The notes beneath the pieces are model-generated. The model was not told the DNA's origin. It searched no databases and saw only the letters and a list, made by a program, of their open reading frames with translations. The translations under genes were made by a program, and so were the position numbers. DNA of 48,762 nucleotides from Actinomycetes bacterium (GTDB taxonomy: Bacteria; Actinomycetota; Actinomycetes; S36-B12), in the NCBI GenBank assembly GCA_965657825.1, contig CBFHQG010000005.1, forward strand, positions 1 to 48,762, in the 5' to 3' direction. Shown here one piece after another: positions 1 to 9,446 of this stretch (position 1 is the first letter of the stretch; each line of letters starts with the position of its first letter).

Positions 1-16
1 CTACCCGCTGGGCCAT
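1..16 (-). CDS. Possible start of a gene running off the left edge (MAQRV..., Lsr2-like start, unproven)
   Basis: Minus strand GGGGAG...ATG GCC CAG CGG GTA; only 5 codons visible. Confidence 0.2.
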
Positions 17-205
17 GACGTGCATCACTCCCTGGCCGAGAATCCATATGAACGGTCACCGTGCCCAGCCTCAAGAGGTCATAGTCCGTCGTCGGCTGGG
101 GTTGTTTCGTGTCACACTATGGCACCTTCTCGAGAACGAGGATCCATGTCGCTGTTCCATCCGTAAGACGATCCCAGCGCCGCCGCGCGCAGCGTCGAAC
201 TCACC

Positions 206-1585
206 GTGGCCGAGCGAGTGGCCTGGGGCGAGCAGGCCCGCAAGCGTGCCAGCCGCGAGTCGCAGGGCGAATGGTCACCGGCGAGTAACCGGCCGGATCT
301 CATCAGCCTGCTCGAGGAGCAGGCAGTCACTCGCGTGCCTGAACTCGTGCCGGTCAGATACGCCCGAATGATGGAATCGCCGTTCGCGTTCTTCCGCGGT
401 GGTGCGTTGATCATGGCCTGGGATCTTGCGCATGCCCCGACGTCGGGGCTCGTCGCGCAGGCATGCGGTGATGCTCACATCAGCAACTTCGGACTCTTCG
501 CCTCTCCTGAGCGACAACTGGTCTTCGACGTCAACGACTTCGATGAGACGACCCCTGCGCCATGGGACTGGGATGTGCGCCGCATGATCGCCAGCATCGA
601 GATCGCCGGTCGCCAGAATGGGTTCTCCAGGAAGCAGCGGAGCCAGATCGTCGCTGAGGCATCCACCGCCTATCAGACGGCGATGCAGGAGTTCGCCAAG
701 CAGGGAAACATCGAAGTCTGGTACTCCCACGTTGCTTTGCATCCCGATCTGGAGTACGCCCGCACCCAGTTGGATAAGGACAGCCTCGGCCAACTACGCA
801 AGGTCGTCGACAAGGCCATGACGCGCGACAGTCAGCAGGCGTTGACCCGCCTGACGAAGGTGGTCGACGGTGAGCGTCGATTTATTAGTGAACCGCCCCT
901 TGTCGTTCCACTGTCTGAATTGCTCGACACGAATCGACCTGACTCTTTCGCCGATGACATGCGCAACCTGATCAAGGCGGCTCGACACAACCTGTCCGAT
1001 GAGCGTCGGATGCTCTTCGACCGCTATCGGATCGTGGATATCGCCCGCAAAGTCGTCGGCGTGGGCAGCGTCGGCACACGGACACAGATCATGTTGCTGA
1101 CCGGGCGAGACGAAGACGATGTCTTGATGTTGCAGGCCAAGGAGGCTGAGGCATCGGTGCTCGAACGCTTCGTCGGCCCCAGCCAGTTCGCCGAGCATGG
1201 TGAGCGGGTCGTCATCGGCCAGCGACGTATGCAGGCCGTGAGCGACGTCTTCCTCACCTGGGGACGCCTAGAGCGAGGACTTCAGGATGATCGATCGCAT
1301 GACTTCTATTTCCGTCAGTTGCGCGATTGGAAAGGGTCCTGGGATCCCAGCGAGATGAACCCGAACGGGTTGTCGTTCTATGCCTCCGGATGCGCGACTG
1401 TCCTCGCACGAGCCCATGCGCGCACCGGCGACCCGATCGCGATCGCCTCCTACCTCGGAACAGGGAAGCGTTACCCAGAAGCGATGGTGGACTTCGCGAA
1501 GGCCTACGCCGACCAGAACGAGAAGGACTACGCCCACTTCGTCGATGCGGTGAAGTCCGGTCGCATCGTGGCCGACGAGACCTGA
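206..1585 (+). CDS. DUF2252 family protein (kinase-like fold)
   Basis: RMMESPFAFFRGGA, CGDAHISNFG, FDVNDFDE, KVVGVGSVGTR, FYFRQLRDWKGS, LARAHARTGD motifs. Confidence 0.9.
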   Translation: MAERVAWGEQARKRASRESQGEWSPASNRPDLISLLEEQAVTRVPELVPVRYARMMESPFAFFRGGALIMAWDLAHAPTSGLVAQACGDAHISNFGLFASPERQLVFDVNDFDETTPAPWDWDVRRMIASIEIAGRQNGFSRKQRSQIVAEASTAYQTAMQEFAKQGNIEVWYSHVALHPDLEYARTQLDKDSLGQLRKVVDKAMTRDSQQALTRLTKVVDGERRFISEPPLVVPLSELLDTNRPDSFADDMRNLIKAARHNLSDERRMLFDRYRIVDIARKVVGVGSVGTRTQIMLLTGRDEDDVLMLQAKEAEASVLERFVGPSQFAEHGERVVIGQRRMQAVSDVFLTWGRLERGLQDDRSHDFYFRQLRDWKGSWDPSEMNPNGLSFYASGCATVLARAHARTGDPIAIASYLGTGKRYPEAMVDFAKAYADQNEKDYAHFVDAVKSGRIVADET

Positions 1586-3823
1586 TCAGGCCGGCACAAC
1601 CTCGACGGGGATCCCGCTCAGCACCGAGGTCCCACCGAGTTCGTCAACCGCGGCCACGTCGACGAGGACGTTGACGTTGGCCTCACTCCAGCCGTGCGGG
1701 ATGCACACGCAGCCTGGACTGACCTCATCCCTGATCGCCACCGGCAGCGTGATCGCGCCCACCGAACTCGACACTCGTACATCATCGCCATCGCCGATAC
1801 CGAGATCCCGCGCGTCGTGGGAATGGATCATCGCGGTGGCTACATTCGACCCGCCGCTCAGCGTCGGTAGCCCCTTCATCCAGGAGTTGTTGCTGCGTAA
1901 CTGGCGACGGCCGATCAGTGTGAAACTGCTCGATTGCGGTGCCCGATCGAGCAACGGGCGAGCCGACGCGAGAGCATCCAGCAGGACACCCGGTGCCACC
2001 TCGATCCGTCCGGTCGGGGTGCGCAGCGCCTCCGGCAAGCGTGGTTGCAGCGGCCCGAGGTCGATGCCGTGCGGTGCCGCGATGAGCGAATCCAGGGTCA
2101 GACCGTCAGAATGCGTTCCGAAACCATCGCCGTACGGGCCAGAACGAATGCGCAGATCGAGAACGCGATCGACGCCCCGGCGATCACCCACATCAGCGAG
2201 GAGTTCACTCGGCTCCCGGCCGTGGGCCCGCGAGGCTTCGTCGGTGCACGCCTGCTGGGCCACGGTGAAAGCGATCAGATCATCGACGGCTTCGGGCGTC
2301 GGTTCCGTTCCAGTGTTGACACCGATGGCGATGGCAGCAAGCTGCAGCAACACCTGCGCCTCATCCTTCTCACCCTCGGGGATGTCGAACACCGGTGGGG
2401 AATAGCGGGCCTGGTTGCGTACGGCGAGGTTGTTGAAGACCACGTCGTGGTGGGAGCGCGTCAGTGGTGAAGCGACCGGCAGGACGACGTCGGCGTGTTG
2501 ACCGGTTTCGGACAGGTACGGATCGACGCACACCAATAACTCCAGGGAGTCGAAAGCGGCGGTCAACCGGTTGCCGTTGGGTGTAGAGACGAGCGGATTT
2601 CCACCGACCACGAACACGGCGCGGATGTGTTCACCCGTTTCCGGATCCGGTGTATCGATCTCTTCAGCGAGCGCGGAGGTGGGGAACTCCCCCAGCACGC
2701 TGGGCAGGCCGCGCACCCTGGTGCGCCGGCGCCCGGGAATGGTCACGCCACGACCGAATCCGGGGGTTCCCTCGGTCGTGGGACCACCGGCGACCGGAAG
2801 CGGGAACATCGCACCACCGGGTGCATCGAGGGCACCGATCGCGATGTTCACCACGTCGATCAGCCACGACGACACCGTCGCCAGCGGGATGACGTCACCG
2901 TCGAGGGTCAAACCTGACGTGGTGGTACCCATCCGGCCGTACACCACCGGGCGCTGAGCAGAACGCAACTCCTCGGCGACGCGCCGAGTGGTCTGGGCAT
3001 CGATGCCGGTGATGGCGGCGGTGGCTTCGGGGGTGAAGTCTGCGAGTGCTGTAACCAACGTTTCCCACTGTTGTGCATCAAGCCACGATTCGGCGGCGGC
3101 GAAGTTCGGCTTCGGAGCCAGCACGTGCGCTATAGACGCCAGCCAAAGAGCATCGCTGCCGGGTCGGATCGCGATGTGCTCGTCGGCGATATCGGCGGTG
3201 CGCGTGCGCATCGGATCCACCACGACGAGTCGTCCACCGCGCTTTCGCAGTGCACGCAGACGACCGGGCATGTCGGCAGCCGTCATCAACGAGCCGTTCG
3301 ACACCATCGGGTTCGCGCCGAGGACGAGGAAGTAGTCGGTGTGGTCAACATCGGGAACGGGCACCGACAGCGGCGTGCCGAACATCAATGCCGAAGCGGC
3401 CTGCTTGGGCATCTGGTCGACCGTGCTTGCGGAGAATCTCTGCATCGTGCCGAGCGCGCGCACGAATGCCGGAAGCATGAAGGTGCCGGCCAGGCTGTGC
3501 ACGTTGGGGTTGCCGAGATAGAGCCCGACAGCATCGGCACCGTGATCGGCGACGATCGATCCCAGCCGGGTTCGGATGGCGCCGAATGCCTCATCCCATG
3601 AAGCCTCGCGGAGTTCACCGGACTCGTCACGGACCAATGGGGTCCGCAGCCTGCGCGGATCGGCGTGCAATTCCCCAAGGGCTACGCCCTTCGGACACAG
3701 GAAGCCGTGGCTGAACACATCCTCAGCATCGCCTCGGACCCGGGTAATGGCTGAGTCCTCGAAGGTGAGTACCAGGCCGCAGGTGGCCTCGCACAGCGGA
3801 CAGATACGGAGGGCTTCGGTCAT
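1586..3823 (-). CDS. Molybdopterin-dependent oxidoreductase with N-terminal 4Fe-4S motif
   Basis: CPLCEATCG...CPKG, LGANPMVSNGS, VVVDPMRTRTA, LIGRRQLRSNNSW; start moved to MTEALR (3823). Confidence 0.9.
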   Translation of the reverse strand: MTEALRICPLCEATCGLVLTFEDSAITRVRGDAEDVFSHGFLCPKGVALGELHADPRRLRTPLVRDESGELREASWDEAFGAIRTRLGSIVADHGADAVGLYLGNPNVHSLAGTFMLPAFVRALGTMQRFSASTVDQMPKQAASALMFGTPLSVPVPDVDHTDYFLVLGANPMVSNGSLMTAADMPGRLRALRKRGGRLVVVDPMRTRTADIADEHIAIRPGSDALWLASIAHVLAPKPNFAAAESWLDAQQWETLVTALADFTPEATAAITGIDAQTTRRVAEELRSAQRPVVYGRMGTTTSGLTLDGDVIPLATVSSWLIDVVNIAIGALDAPGGAMFPLPVAGGPTTEGTPGFGRGVTIPGRRRTRVRGLPSVLGEFPTSALAEEIDTPDPETGEHIRAVFVVGGNPLVSTPNGNRLTAAFDSLELLVCVDPYLSETGQHADVVLPVASPLTRSHHDVVFNNLAVRNQARYSPPVFDIPEGEKDEAQVLLQLAAIAIGVNTGTEPTPEAVDDLIAFTVAQQACTDEASRAHGREPSELLADVGDRRGVDRVLDLRIRSGPYGDGFGTHSDGLTLDSLIAAPHGIDLGPLQPRLPEALRTPTGRIEVAPGVLLDALASARPLLDRAPQSSSFTLIGRRQLRSNNSWMKGLPTLSGGSNVATAMIHSHDARDLGIGDGDDVRVSSSVGAITLPVAIRDEVSPGCVCIPHGWSEANVNVLVDVAAVDELGGTSVLSGIPVEVVPA

Positions 3824-3896
3824 AGCACCACCTTGGCAGGCCGCTGCCCCCTTCGCTAGATGGAAACGTCTATTCGCCATGTGGCAGGGTCATCCC

Positions 3897-4787
3897 ATGC
3901 GTGTTTTCCCCTCCACCGCCCTAGCAGTCGTCCTTGGCGCGTCGCTCCTCGTCGGAGTCACCCCCGCACATGCCAGTGAGCGCGCCACACCGGAGCCCAC
4001 CGCGGCCAAGCTCTTCGTGCAGGACGCGAAGGCGGCCACCGCTGAACGCAAGCGCGGGAAGCGCTGGAAGGTCACGCTGACCGGAGTGAATTCGACCACA
4101 CTGTGGTTCGTCGACCGCCCCGGTCGTGATGCTGGGCGCCAAACCACCACCAGTTTCGTGCGCGACTGGGCTGACTACGGTTTCGCCACCGTTCCTCCCA
4201 ACGCCGTGATCGAACACGAAGGTTCCGAGGGTGTGGCGGTCGAGTTGAAGAACCCCCGGTACGACCGGAAGGCGGGGACGCTCACCTACACGGCTCTACT
4301 CGACCCCGGCTCCGGCAAGCGGCTCGATCGGCGAATGAACAACGTGTCCCTGTTCATCGATGACGCCGGATACACCATGACGTCGGCGTCTTTCCAAGTC
4401 ACGAATATGTCGCCTGGCCAGAGATTCACGATTGAGATGAGTGAACCCAGCGGTGAGCCTGACCCCAACTACGCCGCGTTCTATGTGACGGGTCAGGGGA
4501 CATCCACCCCCTTCGCCGCACCTCTGATCGACAGCGAATCAGGGCCGATCTCGCTGGTGAGCCTCGACATCGGGCCGACCATGATCGAACTGCTGACCTC
4601 CACTGAATCAGGTGGCGGCGGATGCTGCTTCTCGATGAACCTGTTCATCATGACACCACCGACGGTGACCAATTTCGCTGTCACCCTGCAGGCCGATCCA
4701 GGGGTCGAGGTCGCCCTGGCACTCCAGGGGCAGCAGCCCCAGGTCATCAACACGACCCCGACGATCTTCTTCTTGACCCAGTCTTGA
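3897..4787 (+). CDS. Secreted hypothetical protein
   Basis: Signal peptide MRVFPSTALAVVLGASLLVGVTPAHA; LFVQ...WFVDRPGR...PPNA...LTY...VSLFIDD domain. Confidence 0.75.
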   Translation: MRVFPSTALAVVLGASLLVGVTPAHASERATPEPTAAKLFVQDAKAATAERKRGKRWKVTLTGVNSTTLWFVDRPGRDAGRQTTTSFVRDWADYGFATVPPNAVIEHEGSEGVAVELKNPRYDRKAGTLTYTALLDPGSGKRLDRRMNNVSLFIDDAGYTMTSASFQVTNMSPGQRFTIEMSEPSGEPDPNYAAFYVTGQGTSTPFAAPLIDSESGPISLVSLDIGPTMIELLTSTESGGGGCCFSMNLFIMTPPTVTNFAVTLQADPGVEVALALQGQQPQVINTTPTIFFLTQS

Positions 4788-4808
4788 TTCTGACGCCAGG
4801 ATTCACCC

Positions 4809-5582
4809 GTGCTCGACTATTCGACCCTGTGGTGCGGATTGCGTGGGCACATCACGTACGCACCAGATGATCCTCAGCTTGCTGAGCGCCTGCAGGCGGA
4901 GGCACCGGCAGGTACCGCCTGGAGGTGCCTCCGCTGTGGCTCCTACGTCCCCGGGGAACCCCACGGACACGGCCCCGCCGACCTCGCACCCACTCCACCA
5001 CGGGGGCAGGCGTTGCGTCAACTCATCGTCTTGCGGATGCTCGCGGTCCTTCGACTCATCGAAGGAGTCGCGGAGCTAGCGATCGGTCTCACCCTGTTCG
5101 GGTTGCAGTCGAAGGTGCCCGATGTCGTGCAGGCACTGAAGAACGAGCTACCGCTCCTGGTCCCCGCTGCCGAGAGCATCGGGTGGGATATCGAGAACTC
5201 CTGGATATCCCGCACGATCGACGACATCGCCGGCATCAGTCCCGGCTCGTATGGACTCATCGGCTTGGGCATCGCAGCACTCGGCACGATCAAATTGGCC
5301 GAGGCTGTCGGGCTGTGGCTGGCCAAGCGGTGGGGCGAATACCTCTCGGTGATCGCCACGAGCGTGTTCATTCCCGTCGAGATCCGGGAATTGATCCTGG
5401 GCATCACGCCGTTCAAGGTGACGATCTTCGTGATCAACGTGGCCGCCGTCGTGTGGCTGATCTGGGCCAAGAGGCTGTTCGGCGTGAGAGGCGGGAAGGC
5501 GGCCGCTGAGGCCGAGAATGAGGAGGCCTCGTTGATCGCCGTCGAAAAGGCCGCCGTCGTCCCGGCCGGACCCCGGGTTTGA
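4809..5582 (+). CDS. DUF2127 family membrane protein
   Basis: WCGLRGH...WRCLRCG N-terminus; AEAVGLWLAKRWGEYLSVIATSVFIPVEIREL; KRLFGVRGG. Confidence 0.85.
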   Translation: MLDYSTLWCGLRGHITYAPDDPQLAERLQAEAPAGTAWRCLRCGSYVPGEPHGHGPADLAPTPPRGQALRQLIVLRMLAVLRLIEGVAELAIGLTLFGLQSKVPDVVQALKNELPLLVPAAESIGWDIENSWISRTIDDIAGISPGSYGLIGLGIAALGTIKLAEAVGLWLAKRWGEYLSVIATSVFIPVEIRELILGITPFKVTIFVINVAAVVWLIWAKRLFGVRGGKAAAEAENEEASLIAVEKAAVVPAGPRV

Positions 5583-5595
5583 CACACTGGCGCCC

Positions 5596-5793
5596 ATGAC
5601 GACGAAGGGCGAAGCCCCCACAGGCGAGCAGCCAGATCCAGAAGACCCCAAGGAGAAGTTTCGCCAGGCTCTGGAGGCGAAGAAGGCCAAGGGCGGGCAC
5701 CGGGGCACGGAAGCCTCCGGTGAATCCGGTGGCTCCATGGGATCCTCACAGCGATCCGGTGGCAAGCGTGAGTTCCGGCGCAAGAGCGGGTAG
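5596..5793 (+). CDS. Small conserved actinobacterial protein (DUF5302-like)
   Basis: KEKFRQALEAKK...KREFRRKSG ending. Confidence 0.75.
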   Translation: MTTKGEAPTGEQPDPEDPKEKFRQALEAKKAKGGHRGTEASGESGGSMGSSQRSGGKREFRRKSG

Positions 5794-5799
5794 TTGACG

Positions 5800-6933
5800 A
5801 TGAACGAGACACGAACCTGGACGGTGGAGAACCGCACACTCTGGCGGATCGGGTTCATCGCATTGGCCGTCATCGCGATCGGCCTCTTCATCACCTTCTT
5901 GATCGAAGATGGTGGCGGGGTCATCTTCATCGTGCTCATGGCGTGGTTCTTCGCTCTGGCTATCGCGCCCGGCGTCGAGCGCCTCAGCCGTCATATGAAG
6001 CGCGGCCTGGCCACCATGATCATGATGGGCGGCCTCGCACTGTTCATCGCGGTGTTCATCTTCGCCTTCGGACAGCTGCTGGTCGATCAACTTGTGTCGA
6101 TCGTGCGAGCGCTTCCTGATCTGTTCACTCGCGTCATCGACTGGTTCAACGCGACTTTCGGAACCTCTTATCAGGCCTCCGAACTGCTGGCGGAGATCGA
6201 TTTCACCGACGACAATCTGCGCAACTTCGCACTTCGCGTCGCCCAGGGGATCTTGGGATTCGCCGCGTCCGTACTGGGTAGTTTCTTCGGGCTGTTCACG
6301 TTCGGTCTCATCGCCTTCTACATCAGCGCTGATGGGCCGCGGCTGCGCCGGTGGATCGCATCGCTGTTCCCCGCCCAGACACAGCGGGTGTTCATCAACG
6401 TCTGGGACACCACCGCGGAGAAGGTGGGTCGATACGTTGCCGCCCGCGCGATTCTGGCGACCATCAACTCCGTCACCAGCGGCATCGTGTTCTTCGCTGT
6501 CGGTCTGCCGTACTGGCTACCCATGGCTATCTGGACGGGCGTGGTCGCGCAGTTCGTCCCGATGATCGGCACGTATATCGCGATCATCCTGCCCGTGATG
6601 ATCGGTCTGCTCAGCGGTAACCCCTGGATCGGTGTGATCGTCCTGGCGTGGGCTCTGCTCTACCAGCAGGTGGAGAACCTCACCATCGAGCCGCGTATCT
6701 CCGCACGCGCTGTCGATGTCAATCCCGCGGTGGCCTTCGTGTCGGTTCTTCTCGGCGCCGCGCTGTTCGGCATCGCGGGTGCACTGCTGGCGATCCCGGT
6801 TGTCGCCATGGTCATCACCCTCGTCGGCCTCTACGTCAAGAGGCATGAGTTGATCGAGGAGATCGACTCAGGGGACGACGAGAGTACCGGGGATGGGGAC
6901 AGGTCTCCGCCAGACCACGAGCACTCCGAGTAG
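5800..6933 (+). CDS. AI-2E family transporter
   Basis: Multiple TM segments; VAQFVPMIG, YQQVENLTIEPRI, GAALFGIAGALLAIP. Confidence 0.9.
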   Translation: MNETRTWTVENRTLWRIGFIALAVIAIGLFITFLIEDGGGVIFIVLMAWFFALAIAPGVERLSRHMKRGLATMIMMGGLALFIAVFIFAFGQLLVDQLVSIVRALPDLFTRVIDWFNATFGTSYQASELLAEIDFTDDNLRNFALRVAQGILGFAASVLGSFFGLFTFGLIAFYISADGPRLRRWIASLFPAQTQRVFINVWDTTAEKVGRYVAARAILATINSVTSGIVFFAVGLPYWLPMAIWTGVVAQFVPMIGTYIAIILPVMIGLLSGNPWIGVIVLAWALLYQQVENLTIEPRISARAVDVNPAVAFVSVLLGAALFGIAGALLAIPVVAMVITLVGLYVKRHELIEEIDSGDDESTGDGDRSPPDHEHSE

Positions 6934-8046
6934 CGCGAGCAGCGGGACGAGTAAAAACGCTGTGCGCAGGCCGATCGTGTCGGCCAGGGCACCGAGAGCG
7001 AACGGTGCGGTCATGATCGCCAAACCAGCGCACAGCAAGCCAACCGCAGATGCCAGGTCGGCCAGGTGCGGTACGGCACGGATCGCGCGTGCGATCGCCA
7101 GCGGCCAATGCAGACCGATCCCGCACCCGGTGAGGAATAGGAAGGTCAGCATGACCGGAACGAGCGGTGTCGCCCAGACGATCAGGAAAGCGGCTCCCGA
7201 CAGTGCGAATGCTGCGATGAGGAGCTTCTCCGGATCCATCCGCTGAGCGATCCTCCCACCCACTACGCGCCCGGTGATCAGTCCGGCAACGACGATGGCG
7301 AGCGCAGCACTGGCCGCACCATCACCGAGCCCACCCTGCTCACGCAGCAGGTCGGCACTCCACAGGGCGAGGGAGTACTCGATTCCGGCGGCCGGCAGCA
7401 TGACCAGGCAGCACCACCAGAACAGTCGCGTCAGGTCCCGCCACCCCCCGGCGACACCGGCCACCTCTCCGAGGTCATAGGAGCGTGTCTGCGCGCCCCG
7501 CCACACCTCGACGCCGATCACGATCACGATGAGGAACCACAGGGCAGGACGCCAACCGAAGGTCACCGCAACACCGATGCCGACACCGATGGCGCCCAGG
7601 AACCCCGCGACGGCAGCGAGCGCGTTGGCCTCCGAGAGCGATGAGGGAGCCGCGAGGCCCTGCTGTTCGCCGAGGAAGGCGCTCAACCCCGCCACCATCA
7701 GCGCCCCACCGCAGCCGGCGACGACCACTGAGGCGATAGTGATGGCCACAGGCAGGCCGCTGGTGTAGCCAAGGATCCCAGCGATCATGAGGATCGAGCC
7801 CAGCCGCATCGCCCGACCGCGCCCGATCCTCGCGCTGATGCGGGGGCTGGCGAAGGACATGATGACGATGCCCAGTGCCCAACCGCTGCCGTGCAGTCCG
7901 GCGATGGTGCGCGTGGTCTGCTGCTCCTCACGCAACAGGATCTGCGATGCACCCAGGGCATAGACGAAGAACCCGTAGGTCCCCATCTGGGCGTAGGACA
8001 CCCAGGTTCGCCGATCGCGCCGAGGCACCGTCGGCGAGAGACTCAT
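6868..8046 (-). CDS. MFS transporter
   Basis: About 12 hydrophobic segments, RISARIGRG loop, GALADTIGLR. Confidence 0.85.
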   Translation of the reverse strand: MSLSPTVPRRDRRTWVSYAQMGTYGFFVYALGASQILLREEQQTTRTIAGLHGSGWALGIVIMSFASPRISARIGRGRAMRLGSILMIAGILGYTSGLPVAITIASVVVAGCGGALMVAGLSAFLGEQQGLAAPSSLSEANALAAVAGFLGAIGVGIGVAVTFGWRPALWFLIVIVIGVEVWRGAQTRSYDLGEVAGVAGGWRDLTRLFWWCCLVMLPAAGIEYSLALWSADLLREQGGLGDGAASAALAIVVAGLITGRVVGGRIAQRMDPEKLLIAAFALSGAAFLIVWATPLVPVMLTFLFLTGCGIGLHWPLAIARAIRAVPHLADLASAVGLLCAGLAIMTAPFALGALADTIGLRTAFLLVPLLALLGVLVVWRRPVPIPGTLVVP

Positions 8047-8774
8047 GGCCGCACAGTAGTGAGTGTCCGTCGCAGTCGGTGGGCGGCCTGTTCGATTCGT
8101 TCCCTGGACTCGGAGGTGCGCACCAGGGGTTGCGCCTGGACACCGGCGCTCTTGGAAAGTTTGCGACCTTCGTCATCAGTCAGAAGGCCGTGGTGGAGGA
8201 CTTCGATATCGGCGAACGTCGATTGCGACAGGTATGCGGCCAGAGATCTCTGCACCGCGGTCGCCTCGCTCAGGTCCTCTCCTCGCAGGATGTGGCTGAT
8301 CCCCATCGCGCGGTCATCGACGATATTCGCGAGGTGGTATGCGGGTATGCCTTCACGCCGCCACACCACGATGTCGTCGTCGCCCACCTGCATCCGCAAG
8401 GCGGTCTCTCCGGTGACGAGAGCGAGTTCTGAGCATCCTCTCGGGCAACCCGGTCCCGAGTGTCCTTGCCACTCGGTGCGTGAACACGCACACACGTAGG
8501 CACCGCGCGTGATCAATTCATCGCGTGCGAGTGCGTACTCCTCCATGTGCTGACTTTGTGTCCGCGACCCACCGGTGATCGGTACCTCGAGCCACTCGAT
8601 CATGTCGTGGATATCGGCGACGTACTCCGATCGGGTGCGATCAGGATCGATGTCATCGATGCGCAGGGCGATCTGCCACCCACGCTCTTCGGCGAGCAGA
8701 GTCAGTAGTCGAAGATGCACCGCATTGCCGAGGTGCAGATACCCACTCGGCGTCGGCGCAAACCGCGTGATCAC
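8043..8774 (-). CDS. gluQ: Glutamyl-Q tRNA(Asp) synthetase-like protein (truncated GluRS paralog)
   Basis: TRFAPTPSGYLHLGN, LRIDDID, CAC...C...C, ILRGEDL, KLSKS; 243 aa with no anticodon domain. Confidence 0.75.
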   Translation of the reverse strand: MITRFAPTPSGYLHLGNAVHLRLLTLLAEERGWQIALRIDDIDPDRTRSEYVADIHDMIEWLEVPITGGSRTQSQHMEEYALARDELITRGAYVCACSRTEWQGHSGPGCPRGCSELALVTGETALRMQVGDDDIVVWRREGIPAYHLANIVDDRAMGISHILRGEDLSEATAVQRSLAAYLSQSTFADIEVLHHGLLTDDEGRKLSKSAGVQAQPLVRTSESRERIEQAAHRLRRTLTTVRP

Positions 8775-9163
8775 GGCAGCGTGATGAATTCACAGCGCGG
8801 ACCCGTCGCGCGGGCGAGGCGCTGATCCATCGTGATAACGGGAGCCCCTAGAGCTTCGGCGAGCGCTACATAGAACGCATCCCAGACACGCACATTGGCG
8901 CGTAGGTGCCAAACACGTTCAACCAAGGGGGTGATGGCGAATCTCTCCCCCGGCCAGGACAGAAGATCGTTGACAGCGACAGCTGCCCCAGTATCGTCGA
9001 GAAGTCCGCGATATTGGTCACGCTTGATGATCCCGAGAACCTCCGCATCCAGGATCGCTGGCGTCACAACATCATCGTGTGTCAACAGAGTGGATAGGGC
9101 GACATCTCGATGAACACCCTGACTTACCACCTCGTACACGATGGAAGCATCAACCACGATCAC
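8771..9163 (-). CDS. vapC: VapC-family PIN-domain toxin
   Basis: VVDAS, AEV, WDAFYVALAEALGAPVITMDQRL; GTG at 9163 overlaps the antitoxin stop. Confidence 0.9.
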   Translation of the reverse strand: MIVVDASIVYEVVSQGVHRDVALSTLLTHDDVVTPAILDAEVLGIIKRDQYRGLLDDTGAAVAVNDLLSWPGERFAITPLVERVWHLRANVRVWDAFYVALAEALGAPVITMDQRLARATGPRCEFITLP

Positions 9164-9399
9164 GTCGACGGCCACTCCCCGCGAATCTCATCGAGGGCTC
9201 CGACAGAATCGACCTCACGGGGGCTGACCCCATGACCGCGAACCTGCTCTGCCCATTCGCGCATGCTTGGTCTCGCGACTATGCGAGCCGCCTCTTGACG
9301 GAGAAACTCCGGCACACTCAGTCCCGCCTCTGCGGCCTTGCGAACAAGACCAAGGTACGTCTCATCATCGAGATCTCGAATCTGGATTGTTTTGGGCAT
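9160..9399 (-). CDS. vapB: FitA/VapB-like ribbon-helix-helix antitoxin
   Basis: TIQIRDLDDETY...KAAEAGLSVPEFLR; directly upstream of and overlapping the PIN gene. Confidence 0.85.
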   Translation of the reverse strand: MPKTIQIRDLDDETYLGLVRKAAEAGLSVPEFLRQEAARIVARPSMREWAEQVRGHGVSPREVDSVGALDEIRGEWPST

Positions 9400-9405
9400 A
9401 CGACC

Positions 9406-9437
9406 ACCTTAACATGCGAAAATGCATGTCAACATGC
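9406..9437 (-). promoter_or_regulatory. vapBC promoter and autoregulatory operator
   Basis: ACATGC (9412-9417), GCATGT (9424-9429), ACATGC (9432-9437) half-sites; TG-N-TAAGGT -10 6 nt before ATG; TTGACA at 9432-9427. Confidence 0.65.
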
Positions 9438-9446
9438 AAAGAAAGC

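Noticed and set aside
6868-6933. 66-bp convergent overlap of the AI-2E and MFS genes as a regulatory feature
   Set aside because: Short convergent overlaps recur across this compact window (for example 36418-36443 and 48584-48609) and encode low-complexity tails
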